From contig JBGPIA010000004.1 of the NCBI GenBank assembly GCA_041484665.1, positions 32,001 to 96,000 of the forward strand: a stretch of 64,000 bases of DNA, read 5' to 3'. This document shows, piece after piece, positions 10,434 to 18,356 of the stretch (the first letter of the stretch is position 1; the number at the start of each line of letters is the position of its first letter). This DNA comes from Candidatus Krumholzibacteriia bacterium (GTDB lineage: Bacteria > Krumholzibacteriota > Krumholzibacteriia > JAJRXK01). Made by a program: the position numbers and the translations under genes. Below the pieces are notes generated by a model. That model was not told the origin of the DNA and ran no database searches. It was given only the letters and a program-made list of their open reading frames with translations.

Positions 10434-11258
10434 TCAGGGCGCCCGGGTGGGCGGCGCCAAGCCCGCAGGGGCCGCAGCCGGGGGGCGCCACACGAGCCCG
10501 ATCGTCCAGCCCAGGTCGATCGGCCGGTCGGCGCGCGGGCCGATCGCGGTGGCCGCGCCCACGCGCAGCAGCACCTCGCCCATGAGCGGTGTGGCCGCTG
10601 AGGCTTGCAGCCACGCCGTGCGTGGCAGGCCGCCCAGGTCGGAGCGCGCCGTCGCGTCCCACAACAGACGCTGCGCGGCGCCGTGCGCCGCAGCCTCCAC
10701 TCCCCAACCCGAAGGGAAGTCGTCGGCGGGACGCGTGCGATCGTCGGGCGGAGAGACGCGCCGCGCCCAGGCACCGGCCCACACGCGCCAGCGCCGTCCG
10801 CTGAGCGGGGAGGCCCGCAAGCGCGCCGTGACGCTGGGAGCGCCGGTAGAGACGGGATAGAGGGAGCGGTCGCCCAGCGGCAGGACGACGCGCAGGTCGA
10901 ACGCGCCACGGCTGGTGGCGGGCTCACCCAGGTGACCGCTCCACTGCACCCACGGTGGACCACCGCCCCATTCAGCACGCTCGCTCGTATCGACGCCAAC
11001 GTAGTCGACCCCGCCCGCGACGGCGTGCCTGCCGGCGACCGTGAGCCAGCCGCTCGCCTCGTACACCTCCGCCCGCGCGTCGCCTGGGAGCTGGTAGGCC
11101 CACACGGCGGTCGATCCGCGCGCGGGCTGTGGCAGGTCGAGGGGATCCAGCGGCAAAGGTGGGAGCAGCAGCTGCGCGGAGGCGGCGCACACCGGCGGGA
11201 GCTGTGGCCGCATTCCCAGCGCGACGACCGCAGCGCAGGCAATCCAAACCGGCAGCAC
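10434..11258 (-). CDS. Hypothetical exported protein, possibly an outer-membrane beta-strand protein (start uncertain)
   Basis: 3' part of ORF 10434..11714; hydrophobic N-terminus VLPVWIACAAVVALG; alternating Trp/Gly-rich strands ending LGWTIGLVWR. Confidence 0.45.
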   Translation of the reverse strand: MLPVWIACAAVVALGMRPQLPPVCAASAQLLLPPLPLDPLDLPQPARGSTAVWAYQLPGDARAEVYEASGWLTVAGRHAVAGGVDYVGVDTSERAEWGGGPPWVQWSGHLGEPATSRGAFDLRVVLPLGDRSLYPVSTGAPSVTARLRASPLSGRRWRVWAGAWARRVSPPDDRTRPADDFPSGWGVEAAAHGAAQRLLWDATARSDLGGLPRTAWLQASAATPLMGEVLLRVGAATAIGPRADRPIDLGWTIGLVWRPPAAAPAGLAPPTRAP

Positions 11259-11362
11259 ACGGCTGCGCAGCGCGGCCGCAAGCCCTCGCGCAGGAGGCCA
11301 CGGACCGCACGGGGTGGCGCGCGTTGAGCGCGATCGGGCGCCACGGGCGCCGGCCAGCGGAC

Positions 11363-11758
11363 TCAGGAGGCCCCTTCGATCAGCTGCATCTCGCCGTGCT
11401 CCACGAAGCAGACCTTGATGACCAGCCGATTGCCCGGCAGCTTCGCCTTGGCCGTGACGGTGCCGTAATCGTCCCAGCCGCGATGGTGCAGCACGTCGCC
11501 GATCTCGTAGACCGTCTTGGGGTCGTAGGGTCGCGCGCGCGCGATGTCCAGTTCCTCGAGGGTGGGCGCGACCTGCTCGGCGCTCGTGGGCACCGGCGCG
11601 TCCTCCATCCTCGGCAGGATTCCCTTGCAGCGCGGGCACTTCAGCCAGATCACGCCATCCTCGTTGGTGTCGCTCACCACCGTCATCTCGAGGTGGTCCT
11701 TGCACACCGAACAATATTGGCGCATGGCACGTCCCGCAAAGGACAGCTCTGGCTTCAT
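11363..11758 (-). CDS. Zinc-ribbon protein with C-terminal Tudor-like domain
   Basis: CSVC...CPRC; YEIGDVLHHRGWDDYGTV resembles the GDxVxHxxFGxGxV motif of the UvrD/PcrA C-terminal domain. Confidence 0.7.
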   Translation of the reverse strand: MKPELSFAGRAMRQYCSVCKDHLEMTVVSDTNEDGVIWLKCPRCKGILPRMEDAPVPTSAEQVAPTLEELDIARARPYDPKTVYEIGDVLHHRGWDDYGTVTAKAKLPGNRLVIKVCFVEHGEMQLIEGAS

Positions 11759-11787
11759 CAGCGCCCCGTGGCTGCGGCCTTATGGGT

Positions 11788-11964
11788 TCAGGTGACGATC
11801 CTGCAGCACTCCTCGGCTTCGTCCTTCGAGTTGTAGCGCATCCCGCAGGTCAGGCAACGGTACCTGCCGTTGATCCTTCCTTCTAGCTCTGCTCTCTCGA
11901 TGAGTTGGTCGTATTTGACGTAGGGCTTTTCCTTCACGAGGGCCGGCTCTTCGATCTTCGCCAT
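11788..11964 (-). CDS. 58-aa zinc-finger-like small protein
   Basis: Manual translation MAKIEEPALVKEKPYVKYDQLIERAELEGRINGRYRCLTCGMRYNSKDEAEECCRIVT; purine-rich RBS; below the ORF-track cutoff. Confidence 0.7.
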   Translation of the reverse strand: MAKIEEPALVKEKPYVKYDQLIERAELEGRINGRYRCLTCGMRYNSKDEAEECCRIVT

Positions 11965-12065
11965 TTCCCTTCCCCCTGAGACACCATCCTTCTTCGGATA
12001 TTGTCCTCACCGCCTTCGCGATCACTCATGAAGTCGAAGCAGTCGAAGCAAGCGATGCACGCGGC

Positions 12066-12094
12066 ATCATATGCAACACCGGTGCGTGCGTCAA
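12066..12094 (-). promoter_or_regulatory. sigma70-type promoter for the zinc-finger genes
   Basis: Minus strand TTGACG-N17-TATGAT. Confidence 0.7.
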
Positions 12095-12146
12095 CCCCGC
12101 CCCAGCCCTTTCAGGATGTTCGGTGGCGGCGTGTGGGGATGGACGG

Positions 12147-13280
12147 CTACGCGAGCGCGGCGCGGAGGTCGTCGATCAGGTCCTCGACGTCCTCGATCCC
12201 CACGCTGAGGCGCACGAGCCCGTCGGTGATGCCCAGCGCAGCGCGCTCGGTGGCGGGGACGGAAGCATGGGTCATGACGGCGGGATGTGCGATGAGGCTC
12301 TCGACCCCACCGAGACTCTCGGCGAAGGTGAACAGCTTCACGCGCGTGACCGCTGCCTGCGCCGCCTCGAGGCTGCCGAGGTCGAAGGCGATCATGGCGC
12401 CAAAACCGGTCATCTGGCGCCTGGCTAGATCGTGGCCAGGGTGGTCGGGCAGGCCGGGGTAGTAGAGCTTGCGCACACGGGGGTGCCGGGCCAGCATCGC
12501 GGCGATCGCCCGCGCGTTCTCCTCGTGCTGGCGCATGCGCACCGCCAGCGTCTTGACCCCGCGCAGCGCCAGCCAGCAGTCCCAGGGGCCCGGAACGGCG
12601 CCGGCCGCGTTCTGCAGGAAGCGCAGCGCGGCATGGAGCTCGTCGTCGCCGGTGACCACGATCCCGCCCACCATGTCGCTGTGCCCGTTGAGGTACTTGG
12701 TCGTGGAGTGGACCACGGCGTCGGCGCCCAGCGCGAGCGGCCGCTGGAAGTAAGGGCTCATGAAGGTGTTGTCGACCACCAGGCGCGCTGCGCGCGCGTG
12801 GGCCAGGCGTGCCGCGGCGGCGATGTCGGTGATGGAGAGCACCGGGTTGGTCGGGGTCTCGACGTAGAGCATGCGGGTGCGCGGCGTCCACGCCCGCTCC
12901 ACGTTGGCCAGATCGCTGGTGTCCACGAAGGCGAACTCCAGGCCGAAGCGCCGCAGCACCTGCTCGAACAGGCGGTAGGTCCCGCCGTAGACGTTGTGCG
13001 TGCACACCACGTGGTCGCCCCCGCTGAGCGTCTGGACCAGGGCGTGGATGGCAGCCATGCCGCTGGCGTAGGCGATGCCGTGGCGCGCCCCCTCCAGCTT
13101 GGCCACGCAGGCCTCCAGCGCCTCGCGGGTGGGATTCTGCGTGCGCGCGTACTCGTAGCCCTTGTGGCGCCCGATCCCCTCCTGCCGGTAGGTGGAGGTC
13201 TGGAAGACCGGGACCGTCACCGCGCCGGTGGTAGGCTCGGGGTGCTGGCCGGCGTGGATGGCGTCGGTGGCGAAGCCCAC
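12147..13280 (-). CDS. Cystathionine gamma-lyase/synthase (PLP-dependent)
   Basis: FATDAIHAGQ, YARTQNPTR, ETPTNP, DNTF, HSTTKYLNGHSD, AESLGGVESL. Confidence 0.93.
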   Translation of the reverse strand: MGFATDAIHAGQHPEPTTGAVTVPVFQTSTYRQEGIGRHKGYEYARTQNPTREALEACVAKLEGARHGIAYASGMAAIHALVQTLSGGDHVVCTHNVYGGTYRLFEQVLRRFGLEFAFVDTSDLANVERAWTPRTRMLYVETPTNPVLSITDIAAAARLAHARAARLVVDNTFMSPYFQRPLALGADAVVHSTTKYLNGHSDMVGGIVVTGDDELHAALRFLQNAAGAVPGPWDCWLALRGVKTLAVRMRQHEENARAIAAMLARHPRVRKLYYPGLPDHPGHDLARRQMTGFGAMIAFDLGSLEAAQAAVTRVKLFTFAESLGGVESLIAHPAVMTHASVPATERAALGITDGLVRLSVGIEDVEDLIDDLRAALA

Positions 13281-13283
13281 GGC

Positions 13284-14678
13284 TCACTCCTCCCCATGGA
13301 TGTAGTCGATGAGGTCGTAGCGGGTCAGGATCCCCGCGATGCGGCCGTGCTCCCCCACCAGGACGGCCGCATCGCGGCCGCCGAGCAGCTTGAGCACTTC
13401 GAGCGTCGAGCGCGAGCCGTCGATCAAGGGCAGCGCTGGCTCCTGGAAGTCGGACACCCGCGCTCCCATCGCTTCGGTATGGTCCAGGACGGCTGCCATC
13501 AGCTTGCTGTCGGTCACCCGGCCCACCGGCTGGCCGTCGCGCATCACGGGCAGCTGGCTCACCTGGTAGCGGCGCATGAGCTCGATTGCCTCGCGCACGG
13601 GCGCTGCCGCGTCCACCGTGATCAACAGGGGCAGGCCACCGGGCTTGGCATGCACCACGTCGGCCGCGGTCACCACATCGGCGCCCAGGAAGCGGTTCTC
13701 GCGCATCCAGTCGTCGCTGTAGATCTTCGACAGGTAACGCGACCCGGAGTCCGGCAGCAGCACCACCACCAGCTGCGCGGGCGGCAGCTCGCGGGCCACC
13801 TCCAGCGCCACCACCACCGCCGCGCCGCAGCTGCCACCCACGAACAGGCCTTCCAGGCTGGCGAGCTTGCGCGTCGTAAGCATGGCACTGCGGTCGTCCA
13901 CCGTCCGCAGCTCGTCTACCCATTGCCGGTGGAAGCAGCCGGGGATGATGTCCTCGCCGATCCCCTCGATCTTGTAGGGCTCGGCCTCGGTCATCTCGCC
14001 GGTGTCGAACCAGTGCTTGAGGATGCTGCCCTTGGGATCAGCGCCGACGACGCGCACCCCCGGATTCTGCTCCTTGAGGTAGCGGCCCACGCCGCTGATC
14101 GTCCCACAGGTGCCGATCCCCGCCACGAACACGTCGAGCTTGCCCTCGGTCTGCTCCCAGATCTCCGGCCCGGTGGTATCGTAATGGGCCTGCGGGTTGG
14201 CGTCATTGTCGTATTGATTCATCCAGATGCAGTTGTCGTTCTCCTCCGCCAGGCGCCGCGCCACGGAGTAGTAGCTCTCGGGGCTGTCGGGCGGTACGGC
14301 GGTCGGCGTGACGATCACTTCCGCACCCATGGCGCGCAGCAGACGGATCTTCTCCTGGCTCATCTTATCGGGCATCGTGCAGACGAGCTTGTACCCCCGC
14401 ACCGCGCACACCAGGGCCAGCCCCATGCCCGTATTGCCGCTGGTGCACTCCACGACGGTGCCGCCCGCGCGGAGCTTCCCGCTGCGCTCGGCGGCGTCGA
14501 TCATGGTCGTGCCGATGCGGTCCTTCACGCTGCCGCCCGGATTGAAGTACTCGACCTTGGCGTACACCTTCGCGCCGCGCGGGTCGGGGAGGCGGCGCAG
14601 GCGCACCAGCGGCGTTCCGCCGATGGCTTCGGTGATGTCCTCGTAGACCGCGGGTGCGGGGCGGCGGCGTGGCTGCAT
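13284..14678 (-). CDS. Cystathionine beta-synthase with C-terminal CBS domains
   Basis: IGGTPLVRL, NPGGSVKDRI, TSGNTG, GIGTCGT, PDSGSRYLSK, then two CBS repeats. Confidence 0.92.
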   Translation of the reverse strand: MQPRRRPAPAVYEDITEAIGGTPLVRLRRLPDPRGAKVYAKVEYFNPGGSVKDRIGTTMIDAAERSGKLRAGGTVVECTSGNTGMGLALVCAVRGYKLVCTMPDKMSQEKIRLLRAMGAEVIVTPTAVPPDSPESYYSVARRLAEENDNCIWMNQYDNDANPQAHYDTTGPEIWEQTEGKLDVFVAGIGTCGTISGVGRYLKEQNPGVRVVGADPKGSILKHWFDTGEMTEAEPYKIEGIGEDIIPGCFHRQWVDELRTVDDRSAMLTTRKLASLEGLFVGGSCGAAVVVALEVARELPPAQLVVVLLPDSGSRYLSKIYSDDWMRENRFLGADVVTAADVVHAKPGGLPLLITVDAAAPVREAIELMRRYQVSQLPVMRDGQPVGRVTDSKLMAAVLDHTEAMGARVSDFQEPALPLIDGSRSTLEVLKLLGGRDAAVLVGEHGRIAGILTRYDLIDYIHGEE

Positions 14679-14795
14679 GGCGTCGCGAGGAGCGCGGCTC
14701 CCCTCTCCTTTCGTGGCGCGGGGTGGGTCGGTGGGGGTCGCCGCGAGGGCCGGGGCGGTCGCGGCAGGTGCCGTCCCGGGCGGCAAGCCCGGCGC

Positions 14796-14825
14796 AAACT
14801 AGCACCCTGGTTTCGCGTGTGTCAA
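14796..14825 (-). promoter_or_regulatory. sigma70-type promoter for the CBS-CGL operon
   Basis: Minus strand TTGACA-N18-TAGTTT with extended TG. Confidence 0.55.
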
Positions 14826-14968
14826 GGCGACGCCGCGCGGAGCATTGCGGTAACGTCCAGCAACAGAAAGACTTCGCGCTCTGCCCGCCACCGGGGCATC
14901 GCCCACACACCGCGCTCAGCCGCGCGACGGACGTGCCGGGGCACAGCGGCGCCGCGCGGGCGCCGCTG

Positions 14969-15781
14969 TCAGCGGCGACCGGCCTGAAACTCGAGCAGCC
15001 CGCCCACCGTCTCGATGCCAGCGGCGCGCAGCTCGTGCAGCAGACGCACGAGGACGCCCGCCGTTGCCCGGGCGTCATCGACGGCGCGATGACGGCGCAG
15101 CAGCGGCACCCCGTAGTGGGCCGCCACCGCGTCGAGGGCGCAGCTGCGCAGGAAGGGAAGGTGGCGCTGCACGAGTCGCAGCGTGCACACCCGGGGAGTG
15201 GGAGCGGGATGGACGTCGCAGGCGCGCAGCCGGCTGCGCAGGAACGCGTAGTCGAACTCGGCGTTGTGCGCGACGAACAATGCGTCGTCCAACAGCTCCA
15301 GCAGACGCGGAGCGACCGCCGGCAGCGCGGGGGCGCCCGCGAGCATCGAGTCCTCGATCCCGGTGAGCTGCTGGATGAGCGGCGGGACGGTGGTTCCGGA
15401 GGTGATCAGGCTCTGAAACTCCCCAGCGGGCCGCATGCCCTCCAGGCGCACGACGGCGATCTCGATGATGCGGTCCGTGGCAGGCAGGCTGCCGGTCGTC
15501 TCCAGATCGACCACCGCGAAGCTGGCGCTGGCGAGCGGCATGCGCTGGTACGCGCGGCTGGCGAGCTCCCACCGCCCGCGATGGCGCTGCCGGAAACGCT
15601 CGTCGCTGGAGAGCAGCGTACGAATCAGCAGCGGAGCCACACCGCTCGCACGGCCGGGATCGGGGAACAGCACGTCGGCGAGCTCGTTCACTGCCACCGG
15701 GCGGTCGGCCCGCTCGATGTACGCGATGGCGCGCCGGCGCATGCTGTCCAGGCTCTCGCCGCGCAGAGGATGGCTCGCCAC
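14969..15781 (-). CDS. DEDDh 3'-5' exonuclease (DNA pol III epsilon-like) with N-terminal winged-helix-like extension
   Basis: VVDLETTG, VAHNAEFD, HRAVDDA. Confidence 0.85.
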   Translation of the reverse strand: MASHPLRGESLDSMRRRAIAYIERADRPVAVNELADVLFPDPGRASGVAPLLIRTLLSSDERFRQRHRGRWELASRAYQRMPLASASFAVVDLETTGSLPATDRIIEIAVVRLEGMRPAGEFQSLITSGTTVPPLIQQLTGIEDSMLAGAPALPAVAPRLLELLDDALFVAHNAEFDYAFLRSRLRACDVHPAPTPRVCTLRLVQRHLPFLRSCALDAVAAHYGVPLLRRHRAVDDARATAGVLVRLLHELRAAGIETVGGLLEFQAGRR

Positions 15782-15946
15782 CGGGGGCTCCTGGCGTTCG
15801 TGGGTGGACCAAGCAAGCCCTTCCAGTCTAGCACGCGCACCGGTCGCTGCTCAACGCGGCGGGGCTCTGACAGAGCTCGTACGGCCCCAGCCCGCCCGGG
15901 AACGGTGCTGTGATCGGCGTGCGGGTGACCGCCGTGCGGCTGCGGC

Positions 15947-16723
15947 TCAGCGTTTGCCCGCGCGTGCTGCGAGCACGGCGCGTGGCAGCGCGGTCGCGCC
16001 GTCGGTCCCGAAGGCCAGGCAGCGCAGCTGCAGCAGCGCGATGAGCGGCGGCGGCGCACGCCGGTTGGGCTCGGGTGGATCGACGGCGGTCTCGACGCGC
16101 GTGGTGGTCGTGGCGCCGAGCAGGTGGAACACCGGGACCTGGGCGCTGATCTGCGCCTGGGAGCGGGCCACGGTGCGGTGGATGAGCGTGCGCCGCCCCA
16201 TGGGTACGCGCTGCTCTCGCGTCTCGCTGAGCACCACTTCCTCGCGGGCCAGGCGCCCGCCGCTCCAGGTGGTGTCCGGCAGCGTGGAGCGCGTCAGTTG
16301 CGGCGATGTGAAAATATCCTGGAAATGGCGGCGCACGAGGCGGTTGTTGCGCAGCTGCGCCAGATCCTGCGCCTGCGCGCTCCCGTCGCCGGGCAGCCGG
16401 TAGAGCTCGAGCACTGCGTCGAGCAGGTCGACATCGGCGCGCAGCCGGGAGGGATCCAGCTGGAAGATCCACGACTCGGTCTCGGAGCGCACGCGCAGCT
16501 CCACCCAGCGCGTTCCGTCCGGCTGTGCGGCCCGCACGGCGCAATCCAGCGTGTCGGTCTCGACACGCCCCTCGGCAGCCTCGAGACGTTCCAGCCGCAC
16601 CCATGCCCCCGGCGTCAGCTCGAGGGGGAGCAAACCTCGCCGCCACCAGCTGAACAGCTCCTGCGCGTGCGCGGGGCCCGGCAGCACCGCTGCAAAGCCC
16701 GCGGCCAGCGCGAGGCCACACAC
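15947..16723 (-). CDS. Secreted hypothetical protein (start uncertain)
   Basis: Signal-like VCGLALAAGFAAVLPGPAHA; directly downstream of the cytochrome gene. Confidence 0.5.
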   Translation of the reverse strand: MCGLALAAGFAAVLPGPAHAQELFSWWRRGLLPLELTPGAWVRLERLEAAEGRVETDTLDCAVRAAQPDGTRWVELRVRSETESWIFQLDPSRLRADVDLLDAVLELYRLPGDGSAQAQDLAQLRNNRLVRRHFQDIFTSPQLTRSTLPDTTWSGGRLAREEVVLSETREQRVPMGRRTLIHRTVARSQAQISAQVPVFHLLGATTTTRVETAVDPPEPNRRAPPPLIALLQLRCLAFGTDGATALPRAVLAARAGKR

Positions 16724-16802
16724 CAGCAGCCGGCCCCGCAGACGCGGCCGCCTGGAGAGGACCCTCCCCAGGCGGCGCCGGCGTGCTCGCTGCGCGGGCG
16801 CG

Positions 16803-18206
16803 CTAGTGCTTGATCTTGGCCCAGTAGCTCGCGTACTCAAAGTTCGGGCTGTTCTCCGCCGTGTGGCAGGTCGTGCAGGAGCTCTTGGCGGCGGCGACCC
16901 ACTGGCCGTCGCGCACGTGCTGCGTGCCGTACCCGTGGCACGCCTCGCACTGGACGTTGTACAGCGAATTGCGCCCGCTCTGGGAGTCGCCGCGGTCGTA
17001 GCCGTTGACGTGGTTGTAACCCACCACGTGGCACCCGACGCAGTCGGAGTTGGACTCCTGTCCCTTCTCGACCAGCGTCTGCCAGGCCCGCGCGTGGGCG
17101 CTGGAGGCGTAGGTCTGGTAGTCCTGCGAATGGCACTTGGCGCAGGCGCTGGCGCCCAGGAACTTTTCCGACGTGGACCCCAACGGCCGCGAGTGTGTAT
17201 CCGGCGGGATCTCCTTGGCTTTCTTGGCCGCCTCGGCCTCGAAGCTGGTCACGCGGTCGCGCACCGCGGTGGTCTCCGGGCTCTTCTCGTCGAGCTCGTA
17301 GATGGTGACCGGCTCCTCGCCGAACTGGATCTGGTGACTCTTCTTGTCCACCGTCATGTCCAGCTGGCCGACGTACTTGCCTTGATTGTTGGCCGCCAGC
17401 AGCGCCACGCTGCCGATCTTGTTCAGGCGGCGGTACTGGCGGATGTCCTGCCCCTCGACACAGATGTCGATCAGGGGGTTGTTCCCGTCCTTGTCCCCCA
17501 TGCCCACCAGCAGCTCCCGCGTCTCGGTGCTGGAGAGGTGGGCCAGCAGGACCACCACGTCGCTCTTCTTGCGCAGCTCGGGCAGATACTTGTCCAGGGC
17601 GTCGCGCGGCGAGTCGACTACGAACTGGTCGGGCGTGGCCGACATGGTCGTGATCTTCATCGCCGGGCTCAGCACCGAGATCACGCCGATCCTCAGCCCC
17701 TCCTGCTCGATCACCGTGTAGGGCGGGAACAGCAGCGGGCCGCCGGCGGTCTGGCGCACGTTGGCGTTGACGAAGAGGAACCCGTAGGTCTTCTCCGTCT
17801 CGCGCAGGTAGTCCAGGCCGTAGTTGAGGTCCATCTCGCCGACGCCGAAGACCTTGTAGCCCAGCGCGGCGGTCTCCTTGCACAGGAAGCTCGTCTGGTC
17901 CTTCTCGGACTGCGTGCGCTGACCGAACAGGTCGCCGCCGTCCAACGCCACGACGTTCTTGTGCTCGTGGCGGATCTTCTCGAAGAGGGCGGCCCTCCGG
18001 GCCAGCCCGCCCAGCTGCTTCGACTTTCACCCACAGGGAGAGATCTTGCCCTGCACCGCTGATTGGAACAGCAGCGTCAGGTCGACGCCCTGGTCGGCGC
18101 GGCTCTCGCGGCCGGCGACGACCAGGGCGGCGAGCAACAGGGCCAAGGCTGCGACGAGCGCGCTCCCGCGCCGTCCCAGCATGGAGCGGTTGGACTCCCG
18201 CGACAT
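16803..18206 (-). CDS. Probable selenoprotein: secreted UshA/5'-nucleotidase-like domain (PCG-U) fused to a tetraheme cytochrome c
   Basis: ORFs 18027..18230 and 16803..17951 are in the same frame, separated only by TGA at 18027-18029: QGKISPCG*KSKQLGGLARRAA...DGGDLF; AAGGAGG RBS; signal peptide; CAKCH, CVGCH, CEACH, CTTCH. Confidence 0.85.
17987..18012 (-). promoter_or_regulatory. Candidate bacterial SECIS hairpin
   Basis: GGGC-GGGCT-GGCCC-GGA-GGGCC-GCCC; G-containing apical loop 29-31 nt after the UGA. Confidence 0.6.
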
Positions 18207-18272
18207 CCGGCAACCTCCTTGGTGTGCCAACGCAGGCGGTGGGCGCCGGCCGGCGCCGCCGCACAGGGTGTC

Positions 18273-18302
18273 ATGCTAGCATCGGTAGTGCCGGGGTCGC
18301 AA
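18273..18302 (-). promoter_or_regulatory. sigma70-type promoter of the selenoprotein gene
   Basis: Minus strand TTGCGA-N18-TAGCAT with extended TG. Confidence 0.45.
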
Positions 18303-18356
18303 TCGGCCCGCCGGGCCGCCAGGTAAACGCTCCGTAAAAAGGTCGGTTCCCGCGCC

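Noticed and set aside
12072..12087. sigma54-like ACGCAC-N5-TTGCA
   Set aside because: It lacks the invariant GG, and the overlapping sigma70 promoter explains the region
18027..18029. Nonsense mutation (pseudogene) reading of the TGA
   Set aside because: The TGA falls in a CxU context with a SECIS-like hairpin and both halves are intact, so recoding is more likely
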